NCBI GenBank assembly: GCA_028279595.1
Contig: JANQNK010000020.1
Span: 341,711-405,710, forward strand
Source of the DNA: Thermoplasmatota archaeon
GTDB taxonomy: Archaea > Thermoplasmatota > JAKEGO01
Length of the DNA stretch: 64,000 bases
Direction of reading: 5' to 3'
The position numbers and the translations under genes are program-made. Shown here one piece after another: positions 37,301-46,425 of this stretch. The notes under the pieces were generated by a model. It worked only from the letters and a program-made list of their open reading frames with translations, made no database searches and was not told where the DNA came from. Numbering within the stretch: position 1 is the first letter of the stretch; each line of letters starts with the position of its first letter.

Positions 37301-40300
37301 ATCGGGGACACGCCCTATTACATGGGGGGAACAGGGAACGGTACAGATCGGTATCCCTTGATGGATCCATGGAACGGTTCGATAGACAGATCGGGGAATG
37401 GTTCTGGGAATCAGACGCAAAATCCCGCACTAATCATCGTTGATGACGATGGTGGTAGATGGGCAGATTATACACGAGTGCCTGATGCCATAGAGAACGC
37501 AAATGAGAATGACAGGATTTTGATATACGATGGTTATTACTCGATCGATTCCCTAGAGATTAATAGAACACTAGAATTGATCGGTAATGGGTCCGCTGAT
37601 ACCATGCTATCGGGTCAGATGACATTTACCGATAATTCGATACGAGTCTCGAACCTGACAATTTCAGCAACCGGAGGACATGGCGATTACGGACTCGTCA
37701 TTCATTCAGATTCGAATATCGTTGAACATATCAGGATTCAGAAGTTCGGAAGGGGTATATATCTACTCAACGAAGCACAGGACAATGAAATCCGGGATAC
37801 CTATCTATTTGACAATAACAGGGGTGTTGTCATTTCCAGGTCCTATGGAAATCGATTGGTGAATAACACCATCGATGAATCGGTGATCGGCATCGAACTG
37901 GAGAGATCGGAACGAACGGTTATCCGTAATAACAATTTCGTCTACGGGAGTGGTATATACATTCATGGTGATAGACTTTCACACTGGAATACGCACTGGA
38001 TCGATGACTCGAACGTAGTCCAAGGTCATCGGATCCATTACATCTCAAACGCAACCAATCTAGAGATAAACGGGACCTACGGTCAGGTAATATTGGTAAA
38101 TTCCAGCCAAGTGTCAATTAAAAAATGTAAGATCAATGGGTCAAGCATCGGTATCCAACTTGGATTCTCTACCAATAACACGATCATGAAGAACGAGATT
38201 ACCTGGCAATATTACTATGACATATTCCTTTACAGATCGGATCGGAATATCATTCAAGATAACCTAATGAAGAAAAACTATCACAATGGGATCCACATCA
38301 AGGATTCTTCTGATAATCACATCAATGATAACGCGTTCATAACGTTTTACGATTTTGGATTGTGGCTCGATAATTGTACAAGCACGACAATTAATAACAA
38401 TACATTCCGACCATACGTCGATTTCGATCTAGCCATTCAATTAGAGGTCACAAACAGCTCGGTCATCACGCATAATAATTTCAAGGCCGGTTCGGGGACA
38501 GTCATAGACATCGCACCATCCTGCTATCAAAACGTCCTACATCACAACAATTTCCCGTATGGAGAATCTGTCCATGATTATGAAGGAAACTCCACATGGG
38601 ATGACGGATCTGAAGGTAATTATTGGTCTTCATACGGTGGAAAGGATTCAAATAACGACGGAATCGGCGATACTCCGTTCTATATCGATAATTCGACTGG
38701 GTCCGTGGATTACTTCCCCTTAATGGAACCGAACGGATCAAGGACCAACGTCAGCACACCAAGGACCTGGACCGTCGACGATGACAACGGATCTTGGGCT
38801 GATTTCAGATCAATTACAAATGCTGTTGCTGCTGCGAGTAGTGGCGATACCCTTCGGATATATTCTGGGATCTACAGAGAGCATTTCGTTTTAGATAGAA
38901 GTCTGAAATTAATCGGAAATGGATCGAGTTCAAGGATAATCGGATGGAAGAATGGAACGACAGTCATGATTGACGCTGATTACTGTACGATAAGTAATCT
39001 TAACTTTTCGAAGGACGAAGTGTTCTATCAAGCAACGACATTCGATACGTATGCAGACCTCCGGAGAGGTCCAGTCGGCGTGGTAAATCTGAATGTAAAT
39101 AATTGTTCAATGTCAAGTAGGAACCTCGCCGTCTTTAAATACGTAAACGAATCTCGTTTCGAGAACAACTACCTTTACGGATATACCTTCGGAATCGAAA
39201 TACAATTCTCAAACAGTTGGTTAATCCAGGATAACATATTCGTTAATGGATCAAACGGTCACGGGCCATTATATATCGAAGAATCAGAGGACATCAACAT
39301 ATATTCGAATCAGATGGATAATGTCAATACATCTGTAATCACGTTAGATAACTGCCGATCCTCATTCATTTCCTTTAACACAATTTCAAATTGTACTCGT
39401 GATGGAATTCATATTACATATGGATCAGATACGATATTGATCAGTAATAATTCGATTACTGGATCAGGAAGATATGGCATCTGGATACGATATTCATCAA
39501 ATGCCACTGTGATGAATAACATCGTCAAGAATGGTACCGGGATTGGAGTTCTCGTTACCGGAGCTAGTAATGAAAACTGGGCCCATGATAATACAATTTA
39601 CCACAATTACATATCTTCGAACAGCGGTCCAGGTATCGTATTGCATTCCCTCGGATCTAGTGCAGACTATCTATTCCATAACCAAATCTATAGGAACCTA
39701 ATCATCGATAACAATGTATCAGGGGTCCAAGCGAAATGCAACGTTGAAGACAACTACTGGGATAATGGTAGTCTAGGTAATTATTGGTCCGATTACAACG
39801 GAACCGACATCGATGGTGACGGAATCGGAGAGACACCGTATTACATCAATGGCGATGTAAATGCAATTGATAGATATCCACTCACTGAAACCTTCGCCTC
39901 CTCAAATGGGATAGATATTGAGTTGTCAAATATTTCTTTCGATGGATATCTCGTGGACGGAGAGACCATTACAGTCACTATCTCTTTAGGTACCCACTCC
40001 GGTATCCCCCACGAATCGAACATCACAATCCGTTTGAAGGTCCTTCTAGATGGCGACGAGGTCCAGAACTTCACACAGGACCTCACAATAGACTCTGGTT
40101 ATAGCAACCTGACCTTCGATCATAACATCACCCTCAACGGTACTGGCGATTTCACCTTCGAAGCCGAGATCGTTCATGATAATGAGACGATAGTGTCCGA
40201 CAGCACGTCTGTCACCACCAGTGAGGCGGTCTACTCGTTTTCCCTAGTTCTGGACCGCCTCACACCCGGTGCCGATCCGGGGGACGACATCGAGTACGAG

Positions 40301-41221
40301 CTCGAGGTGAAGAACAGCGGGAACGTGCCTCAGACGATCCGTCTATCTTGTTCGAAGGGTTGGATCAATTTCTCCAAAACGACCCTGTTCATCCACCCAG
40401 ACGGATCAGGATACTCGACCATCACAGCGTCGATCCCGTCGGACGCAACAGGGTCAGTGAACTTCACCATCGTTGCCAAGAGCTATGACAAGGACAACGA
40501 TATCGTGAACTCCGGCAATGCTCCAGTGACCATCACCCTGGATGACGAGAGCGAGGACGACGACCCAGAGCGCATCGTATGGGTCTTCGTGGGAGCTGGA
40601 ATAATGATTGGTGCCGGCATCCTCATCGGCACCGAGATAGGATTATACGCTCTCATGACACTCTTCATGCCGTTGTACTCCCGGGTGAAGGGCGAGAAGG
40701 TCCTGGACAACTTCGTACGCGGTCAGATCTACGGTTACGTTGTCGCAAATCCAGGTGCCAGCTTCAATCAGATCAGGAAGGCTCTCAGTCTCCACAATGG
40801 ACAGTTCGCCTACCACGTGCAGGTGCTCGGTCGCGAGAAGTACATCCGGATCCAGCGTGACGGCATCTACACTCGGTTCTATCCTGCACCGATGAATGGA
40901 GGAGCGATCCCTGTCACAGGGATGCGCGCCGATATCTTCCACGTCATCCGCGAGAACCCTGGCATATCCCAGAAGGAGATCGCGAAGACCCTCGGGATCA
41001 GCAATCAGCTCGTCAGCTACCATGTTATGAGGCTCCGGGAGAGGAAGCTCCTCAAGGTCAAGCAGAAGGGACGTCGGTCGCTCCTATTCGAGAGGAAGCG
41101 CCACGCGAAGGTCGTCGATGATGACATGGATTTCATGGAGGACGATATCGTCGGTGAGGAGGGGCCCGTGATGGGCTCCATCCCCGTGGACCCGCTCGAT
41201 ACTGACGAGGAGAACACATAG
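34364..41221 (+). CDS. giant surface protein: signal peptide, four NosD/CASH parallel beta-helix modules, Ig-like domains, TM helix and cytoplasmic tandem winged-helix domains
   Basis: Four modules start V-D-D-[DN]-x-G-x-W-x-D-[YF] and end WD-x-G-x-x-GNYW-x-x-Y-x-G-x-D-x-[DN]-x-DGIG...D-x-[YF]PL. C-terminus PLYSR...LDNFVRGQIYGYV-x-x-NPG...YH and IRENPGISQKEIA-x-x-LG-x-S-x-Q-x-VSYH. Confidence 0.9.
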   Translation: MRVSKMKGTLAILFIVVCFAMVLPQAAGDTIVVDDDGGAWADYSNIQEAVNASSEGDVIRIFNGTYSSHIEIEINVSLIGNGTNETRIVRNWTNHVIFNVNHHNVTISDMMLTDVTGDHSTGIYLYGEPPDEIVNDLTVERVLFENLTIGITISGSSNNRIENCTFIDEEIAVNIDWSTNNYYRNNTMINCGLEFAGYGVKDQKFEYMDHDIDTSNTANGRPVVYIKDQVGGSIPTDPGQVIVFNSTDIKIENLNITDATGGIYVGYSDRISISNNTLIDNRLAGIFVITLNDSLIHNNTIIGSIGVGNRYGTGLKLTTYCNNNTVSGNTISNSNDQGLALTGLGTNNRILSNHVYMNGGAGIGISYSHNNMIFDNICDSNLIGVGMSDSSYNNATNNTCTHNEESGISVFRDAHWNVVFDNVVMNNDRYGIVIDGLEHLPSGNNSVIHNQILKNQNYGLAVFEKPTKEVSFNSTIYDNIFWKNGKPTSQGYDDGVNSAWDNGTTGNYWHDYKGRDADHDGIGDSAYDIDGNANVQDRYPLMYPWKGSLIPFTWIVDDNWGSWWDFDSIQDAVDASSDGDTIRVYSGYYDEAIVLDNQLSIIGNGSNSTTIHGDVNDGNQTGDNYNTITIEADYCILSDLFISYSGSEEYSAGIGVFADEIQLTNIELRHNRFGIYINGSNNVSISNFDIQDNTAAIRIYDSSNVTIDSFQISINQSYNRSAQEQTIIIERSTNLSVMSTTGHYLRFVRCEDVSVEESTIEHMWLQTSYWVTISHCVLVNDDGIIMQDGGMIDIDRVTVRNSIDDGISVGDGARKIRITNSTISNCTNTGILLSIDTEDVSIIDCTISKCGDDGINLRMDVVTISNVTISDCNRSIIRIDGDDCEISNGSFSNCSGTIQVLLDGNGNMIKDSEFFVDDSYGIYLTNICDDTEIYHNNFHSLSNSTTFVYQENGTYNLWDNGSAGNYWSDYDGSDDDGDGIGDTPYYMGGTGNGTDRYPLMDPWNGSIDRSGNGSGNQTQNPALIIVDDDGGRWADYTRVPDAIENANENDRILIYDGYYSIDSLEINRTLELIGNGSADTMLSGQMTFTDNSIRVSNLTISATGGHGDYGLVIHSDSNIVEHIRIQKFGRGIYLLNEAQDNEIRDTYLFDNNRGVVISRSYGNRLVNNTIDESVIGIELERSERTVIRNNNFVYGSGIYIHGDRLSHWNTHWIDDSNVVQGHRIHYISNATNLEINGTYGQVILVNSSQVSIKKCKINGSSIGIQLGFSTNNTIMKNEITWQYYYDIFLYRSDRNIIQDNLMKKNYHNGIHIKDSSDNHINDNAFITFYDFGLWLDNCTSTTINNNTFRPYVDFDLAIQLEVTNSSVITHNNFKAGSGTVIDIAPSCYQNVLHHNNFPYGESVHDYEGNSTWDDGSEGNYWSSYGGKDSNNDGIGDTPFYIDNSTGSVDYFPLMEPNGSRTNVSTPRTWTVDDDNGSWADFRSITNAVAAASSGDTLRIYSGIYREHFVLDRSLKLIGNGSSSRIIGWKNGTTVMIDADYCTISNLNFSKDEVFYQATTFDTYADLRRGPVGVVNLNVNNCSMSSRNLAVFKYVNESRFENNYLYGYTFGIEIQFSNSWLIQDNIFVNGSNGHGPLYIEESEDINIYSNQMDNVNTSVITLDNCRSSFISFNTISNCTRDGIHITYGSDTILISNNSITGSGRYGIWIRYSSNATVMNNIVKNGTGIGVLVTGASNENWAHDNTIYHNYISSNSGPGIVLHSLGSSADYLFHNQIYRNLIIDNNVSGVQAKCNVEDNYWDNGSLGNYWSDYNGTDIDGDGIGETPYYINGDVNAIDRYPLTETFASSNGIDIELSNISFDGYLVDGETITVTISLGTHSGIPHESNITIRLKVLLDGDEVQNFTQDLTIDSGYSNLTFDHNITLNGTGDFTFEAEIVHDNETIVSDSTSVTTSEAVYSFSLVLDRLTPGADPGDDIEYELEVKNSGNVPQTIRLSCSKGWINFSKTTLFIHPDGSGYSTITASIPSDATGSVNFTIVAKSYDKDNDIVNSGNAPVTITLDDESEDDDPERIVWVFVGAGIMIGAGILIGTEIGLYALMTLFMPLYSRVKGEKVLDNFVRGQIYGYVVANPGASFNQIRKALSLHNGQFAYHVQVLGREKYIRIQRDGIYTRFYPAPMNGGAIPVTGMRADIFHVIRENPGISQKEIAKTLGISNQLVSYHVMRLRERKLLKVKQKGRRSLLFERKRHAKVVDDDMDFMEDDIVGEEGPVMGSIPVDPLDTDEENT

Positions 41222-41273
41222 TTACGCTCATCTCCCCGGTCAACTTTAATACAGACACCGCCATGCCGACGCG

Positions 41274-41960
41274 ATGAAGTACGACGCAGTCATCTTCGAT
41301 CTCTTCGGGACGCTCATCGACACGTTCACGTTCGAGGACTACCACGAGACGATAGCGGAGATGACCGAGGTCCTGGACGCCTCATTCGACCAGTTCCTCG
41401 CGGCATGGATCGAGTCCTTCATTCCCAGGACGACGGGTGCCTTCAGCTCAACGGCTGAGAACATCTGGCATGTCTCCAATGAGATCGGCCTTGAACCGAC
41501 CCAGGAGCAGGTGGACGAGGTCGTCAAACTGAGGCACAAGTGGACCAGGCATTGGATCACTCCACGTTCCGACGCGATCTCGACGCTGGCGGAACTCAGG
41601 GAGATGGGACACAGGATCGGCCTCATCACCGACTGTTCCATCGAGGTCCCGACCGTGTGGCAGGAGACCGAGTTCCCGCCGTACTTCGATTCGACGATAT
41701 TCTCCGCATCCGTCGGGATGAAGAAACCCGATCCCAAGATATACAACCTCTGTTGCGAGCAGCTCGGTGTCGAGCCGGACAGATGTCTCTATATCGGCGA
41801 CGGCTCCAGCCGTGAACTCACCGGTGCAAAGGAGATGGGGATGACACCCATACTCATAGTGGCTCCCGGTGACGACTACTTCGTCGAGAGGAAGGACGCC
41901 GTCGAGTGGACCGGACCGAGGATAGCTCATCTATCGGAGGTCCTAGACTACGTTCAGTGA
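41274..41960 (+). CDS. HAD-superfamily hydrolase
   Basis: IFDLFGTL (motif I variant), KKPDP-x-IY, YIGDG. Confidence 0.9.
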   Translation: MKYDAVIFDLFGTLIDTFTFEDYHETIAEMTEVLDASFDQFLAAWIESFIPRTTGAFSSTAENIWHVSNEIGLEPTQEQVDEVVKLRHKWTRHWITPRSDAISTLAELREMGHRIGLITDCSIEVPTVWQETEFPPYFDSTIFSASVGMKKPDPKIYNLCCEQLGVEPDRCLYIGDGSSRELTGAKEMGMTPILIVAPGDDYFVERKDAVEWTGPRIAHLSEVLDYVQ

Positions 41961-42002
41961 GCAGACGGTAATGAGTTAAATGGGAAGTTCCATAACCGTC
42001 CG

Positions 42003-43148
42003 ATGGTCTGCGCGTACGGGGGCTGCGACCGGGACGTCATGGACGGGTCCGAATACTGTATCTATCATGCATCTTCCAAGCAGAAAGTGGATCGTTGGCC
42101 AGAGGTCAATGAATCGTTCGTCGAGCTTGTCGATAGAGGCAATCTGAACTTCGACGGATTCGTACTCAAGGATGTCGATCTCTCGGGTAAGAAGATCTCA
42201 GGGAACGTGTCATTCATCAACGCGAAATTCCTTGGCCAGAGCTCGTTCAGAAACGTCGTGTTCAAGGGCTCTGCCGACTTCCACGGAGCCCGATTCGATG
42301 AGGCCGACTTCACAGGTACGTCCTTCATGGACCGTGCCTTCTTCTCACCGGACGGGGAGACGAACAAACCTACGTTCAAGAAGGCCATCTTCAGGGATGT
42401 CTATTTCGAGAAGGGCGGCTCGTTCGACGGATGCGTCCTCCCGGATGGTGACTTCTCTCATTCGACGATCCAGCATGTCTCCTTCAACGGTGTGATCCTG
42501 GACAACGTTCTCTTCACAGAATCGAGGATGGAGTTCGCCTACCTTTCAGACTCCCTCTGGAATGCACCCGAGGGGCGGACTGGACCACGACGACTCCTCG
42601 AGTGGCTTTCCGTCTCTGACGGCCGGTACATCATCCGCGAGGAGCTGGAGATCGGCGGGAAGATGGGCTCGAAGAAGCGCGTGGACGGCTACAAGGATGC
42701 GGAAGGGACCTATCGCCGTATCAAGCACAGCCTCAACAACGAGGGCGATTACGAGAAGGCGGGAGAGTTCTACATCCGCGAGATGCGCATGAAGAGGAAG
42801 CGCTATCGCGAACAGCATCGGCTTGCGAAATGGATAGCGTTCTGGCTTTCGGCGATCGTCACTGGTTACGGCGAGAAATGGCGGAACGTGGTAATGTCCG
42901 CCTTCGCCATCGTATTGATCTACGCCGTCGCGTACTATGCGGTCGGTGCGATCAGCCCGGACGGCGAGGATTACGACGCGGATTTCCGTGAAAGCCTCTA
43001 TTTCAGCGTCGTCACCTTCACCACGCTCGGGTATGGCGACTACGCACCGCTCACGGAATGGCAATTGCTGGCCGTTTCGGAGGCGTTCATCGGTGCCTTC
43101 ACGATCGCACTCTTCGTGCTCGTGTTCGGCAGGAAGATGATGCGCTGA
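42003..43148 (+). CDS. pentapeptide-repeat protein fused to a 2-TM potassium-channel pore (Ion_trans_2)
   Basis: N-terminal C-x4-C...C-x2-H; A-x-F-x-x pentapeptide repeats; YFSVVTFTTLGYGD selectivity filter. Confidence 0.9.
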   Translation: MVCAYGGCDRDVMDGSEYCIYHASSKQKVDRWPEVNESFVELVDRGNLNFDGFVLKDVDLSGKKISGNVSFINAKFLGQSSFRNVVFKGSADFHGARFDEADFTGTSFMDRAFFSPDGETNKPTFKKAIFRDVYFEKGGSFDGCVLPDGDFSHSTIQHVSFNGVILDNVLFTESRMEFAYLSDSLWNAPEGRTGPRRLLEWLSVSDGRYIIREELEIGGKMGSKKRVDGYKDAEGTYRRIKHSLNNEGDYEKAGEFYIREMRMKRKRYREQHRLAKWIAFWLSAIVTGYGEKWRNVVMSAFAIVLIYAVAYYAVGAISPDGEDYDADFRESLYFSVVTFTTLGYGDYAPLTEWQLLAVSEAFIGAFTIALFVLVFGRKMMR

Positions 43149-43336
43149 TGGGAAAGACGGTGAAGCGCGGAAGGTCGAAGACGGTCAGCCCATCGAAGAA
43201 GCCCGACACCTCGGACGAGGAGGGTCTCTGGGGACCTCTTCCACCCGAGAGATATGATTTCAAGACACGCGGATTACTTTGGCTCCTGGCACTGGCCGTG
43301 ATGGTATTGTTATCAATATACTTCTACGGTGTCTGA
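43148..43336 (+). CDS. small tail-anchored membrane protein (62 aa)
   Basis: TGATG coupling to the channel gene; C-terminal TM LLWLLALAVMVLLSIYFY. Confidence 0.6.
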   Translation: MGKTVKRGRSKTVSPSKKPDTSDEEGLWGPLPPERYDFKTRGLLWLLALAVMVLLSIYFYGV

Positions 43337-43340
43337 GGGC

Positions 43341-44261
43341 TCAGCCGAAGAATCGCTTCCTCTTCGCCTTGAAACGAAATCGGGTCTCCCATCCACACTT
43401 CGTGCACCCGAACTTGTCCCCGTCCTTGACCACGTCCTCACCGCAGCTGGGACAGATAATAACATCGGCGAACTGATCTATCCACGCTTCCCTGACGTCG
43501 TCGATGTCCTCGGACTCTATGTGGCCTATCAGCTCCTTCGCCCGCGGACCCTTGGCCAGGCGATGCAGGGCTGGAACTGAGATCACCTTCTTCCCGGCCA
43601 ATTCGCCCGCTATCATCGGGGCGAGGACCATCCCTGTCGCCAATCCGCCGACGTGGGCCATGTGGCCGATGCCGTCGGACCTGAGGGTAATGACGAGCCA
43701 TGTCTCGAAGGCTCCGTAGACGAGCACGCCCATCCAGACCGGTGCCTCGACGAGGATTATCAACGGCATGAGTATCATGTCGTTCGGGTAGGTGGCCAGG
43801 TATGCCCCCATCAGCCCGAAGATCGCACCGGATGCTCCGACGCGGAAAACGTGTGTGTCGCCGAAGATGCTGAAGGATGTGGCGGTGTCGAGGACCCCAG
43901 CTATGATCCCTGATGCGAAGTAGATGATCGCTATCTTCTTGGTCCCTATCCTCTGCTCGAACGGGAGTCCGAAGAAGACCAGGAATATCGTGTTGCCAAG
44001 TATGTGAAGCAGACTGCCATGTAGGAACATGTGCGTAACGAATGTGTAGAACTTCGGCCCAACCGCCGTCTCGGGCCTCAGTGCCAGGTCGTTGTACAGG
44101 TACCACAGCCTTCCCGGCATCATGACGACCATGACGACGAAGTACAGGAAGATGAGGAAGTTCACTATCGCGATGAAGAATATGAACGGAACCTTCTGTC
44201 TCAGGGTGTAGACTAGACTGAGAACGATGAGAGCGAGGACCGGCAGGGATACGGGGTCCAT
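43341..44261 (-). CDS. rhomboid intramembrane serine protease with C-terminal zinc ribbon
   Basis: THMFLHGS-x-x-HI-x-GN, VGASGAIFG (Ser), HMAHVGG (His); CPSC...CTKC tail; start ATG 44261. Confidence 0.93.
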   Translation of the reverse strand: MDPVSLPVLALIVLSLVYTLRQKVPFIFFIAIVNFLIFLYFVVMVVMMPGRLWYLYNDLALRPETAVGPKFYTFVTHMFLHGSLLHILGNTIFLVFFGLPFEQRIGTKKIAIIYFASGIIAGVLDTATSFSIFGDTHVFRVGASGAIFGLMGAYLATYPNDMILMPLIILVEAPVWMGVLVYGAFETWLVITLRSDGIGHMAHVGGLATGMVLAPMIAGELAGKKVISVPALHRLAKGPRAKELIGHIESEDIDDVREAWIDQFADVIICPSCGEDVVKDGDKFGCTKCGWETRFRFKAKRKRFFG

Positions 44262-44271
44262 CCGACCCCCT

Positions 44272-44616
44272 TCACCTCTTGACGTTGAGAAGCAGTTCTT
44301 CGTCCTGGACGTACTCGAGGCCGTTCTTGGCGGCGAACTCGGCCTTCTGGAGCTCACGGCCGATGTAAGCGGCGTGCTCGAGTCGGGAGACGAGTTCCTC
44401 TCGCATGATCGTGTGGCACATGGCCAGAGCTGCCTGTCCCACGACCATGGTGTCGAGCTTGCCTGTCTCGACGGTGTCGTTGGAGTGGGTCACGTTCTGG
44501 TAGTGCTCGGCGCAGATCTCGCCGTCCTTGACGTAGATCACGAAGAACCCCTTCTCGTCGAACACGAGTTTCGGGTTCCGCGTCGCTTCGATCTCCTTTA
44601 TGCTCGCCTCGTTCAT
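44272..44616 (-). CDS. DUF4346 family protein
   Basis: D-x-KGFF-x-I, I-x-AEHY, SRLEHAAYIGRELQKAE...YVQD. Confidence 0.88.
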   Translation of the reverse strand: MNEASIKEIEATRNPKLVFDEKGFFVIYVKDGEICAEHYQNVTHSNDTVETGKLDTMVVGQAALAMCHTIMREELVSRLEHAAYIGRELQKAEFAAKNGLEYVQDEELLLNVKR

Positions 44617-44617
44617 C

Positions 44618-45511
44618 TCAGGCCTCCTTCTCCACTTCTCTTGCAGCCCTCACCAGGACTTCTAGTTTTCCCCGCGCTGACGGTTCCGGCAGACCGCCGA
44701 GACCGCAGTCGGGATCGAGCACGATCCGCTCCGGCGGAAGGATGTCCAGCGCCTTCCTGATATGCGCCACGACGGCGTCGAGCGGTTCGACCTCCGGGGT
44801 GTCGGAGGCGACCGAGCCGAGCCCTATCCTCTGGGCCGGTTCGTGCTCCCTCAGAAGAGGCATGATACGTTCCTGTTTATAAAACTCGTGGTCGAGGATG
44901 TCAACGGGGTAATCGATGAGATCGGCGAATATCGGCGAGACGTCGCCGCATACGTGCAATGCCCTCTCACCCTCGAATCCGTCGAACATGATCTCGATGA
45001 GCTCCTTCGCGTACTCAGGATACTCCACCGACAGGAACGGTTCGTCTATCTGAACCGTGTCGACGACATCGCCAAGGGCGATTACCTCCTTCCTCAGCGC
45101 TTCCGCGAACGCGAATGCCATTTCCTTCCGATCGTCATAATGCTTGTCAACAACTGACATCGCCATGGTATGGGGCCCGGTGATGACGCCCTTCGCCCTG
45201 GCGTTCGAACCTTTTGCGATCGTGTCGGAAAGAACGACGTCCTCGACCGTGATCGGTCCACGGTACTCGATGTCGCCGATGACCTCCGGTCTACCCTTGA
45301 TCCTGAGTCCACCGAGCTTCGAAGCGAAGATGTTGATCATGCCCCCCCGGGTCTGGCCATCCGAGACGATGTCGATCCCAGCGTCGAGCTGTGCCTGGAC
45401 CGTGTATTCAATTCCAGTGATGAACGGGTCCGAACCGTCATGCATCGAGTCGAGCGACAGCGGTGACGGTCTGTAGGGAAAACTACCGACGACGGTCGTG
45501 GTCAGCCTCAA
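44618..45511 (-). CDS. core (folate-binding-domain-less) methionine synthase, MesA-like methylcobamide:homocysteine methyltransferase
   Basis: TTVVGSFP, Q-x-x-AGID-x-x-SDGQ-x-R, ITGP-x-T, QIDEP, H-V-C (Zn), PDCGL (Zn); single barrel of about 297 aa; TTG start overlapping the mtrH stop. Confidence 0.88.
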   Translation of the reverse strand: MRLTTTVVGSFPYRPSPLSLDSMHDGSDPFITGIEYTVQAQLDAGIDIVSDGQTRGGMINIFASKLGGLRIKGRPEVIGDIEYRGPITVEDVVLSDTIAKGSNARAKGVITGPHTMAMSVVDKHYDDRKEMAFAFAEALRKEVIALGDVVDTVQIDEPFLSVEYPEYAKELIEIMFDGFEGERALHVCGDVSPIFADLIDYPVDILDHEFYKQERIMPLLREHEPAQRIGLGSVASDTPEVEPLDAVVAHIRKALDILPPERIVLDPDCGLGGLPEPSARGKLEVLVRAAREVEKEA

Positions 45512-46425
45512 GGCATGACCCTCCGGGGATGCCCCTCGGGGGGGCCGACTCCGAAGTAGTCCTCGGCGCCCTCTGAGACCATCTTGTCGACCATCCCGGC
45601 GAGCGGGAACATGTACCTCGCGTTGTCGATGGGTCCGTAAACGAGGAAGTCGGCGCCGAAGGCCATGGGAAGGACGTTCGCGCCCATGTCGCAGATCCTG
45701 AACGTGATACCATGTTCCTTCCTGTATTCGCGCATCCAGAGCCACGACTCGACCGTGTTGTGGATGGCGCATCCGACGGGAAGTCCGAACAGGTTCTTCA
45801 GCACGGGGATCGCCCTGACGGTCTCTCCGGCCATGTGGTCGAAGGGCGTGGCGGCGGTGTCGAGCAATGGTGCCATCCCTAGCTCCCTCGCCAGGTCCAG
45901 TAGTCCCGTCTCGTGGTATCGACCACCATCGCGGATCATCGTCACCCTGCCGTCCGAGCTCATGTCGCTCGGATCGAAGCCCAGGAGTATCGCCGAAGCG
46001 GGCGTGTGTTCCCTGAACGCCTTGATCGTGTCCTCCGTCAGTCCCATGTTGAGGGAATTGGCAATGGTCCTGTCCAGTAGCCCTGAGTCGTCGATGTACT
46101 CCAGGATATCGGGCCAGAGCTCGACCTCGGGGACGTCGAGCGAGATCGGACCGTCGGTCGCTCCGACGACCGAATCGATTCGATCGGCAAAATCAGGTCC
46201 GTCAAGGAATATGTCCACGACGGACGGGTTGCCCGTGAGAGCAGCGAACCTCTCCTGTTCCTCGACCAGTTCCTTGACCTTGGAGAACGCATCGGCATCG
46301 ATGCTCTTGAACTGCTTCCTGTAGAACACGGTGCCTATGAGGACCGTTGCGGTCTCGCCAGGCTGTCCGCCGAAGCGGACGCCCGCGATGTCCATTATCT
46401 CCTGTTCCTTCGAGAATGACAGCAT
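45508..46425 (-). CDS. mtrH: MtrH-family methyl-pterin:corrinoid methyltransferase
   Basis: F-x-KEQ-x-x-x-DIAGV-x-FGGQPGE, TVL-x-GT-x-FY, NSLN, PLLDTA, GLPVGC-x-x-HN, GADFL-x-YGPI. Confidence 0.92.
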   Translation of the reverse strand: MLSFSKEQEIMDIAGVRFGGQPGETATVLIGTVFYRKQFKSIDADAFSKVKELVEEQERFAALTGNPSVVDIFLDGPDFADRIDSVVGATDGPISLDVPEVELWPDILEYIDDSGLLDRTIANSLNMGLTEDTIKAFREHTPASAILLGFDPSDMSSDGRVTMIRDGGRYHETGLLDLARELGMAPLLDTAATPFDHMAGETVRAIPVLKNLFGLPVGCAIHNTVESWLWMREYRKEHGITFRICDMGANVLPMAFGADFLVYGPIDNARYMFPLAGMVDKMVSEGAEDYFGVGPPEGHPRRVMP

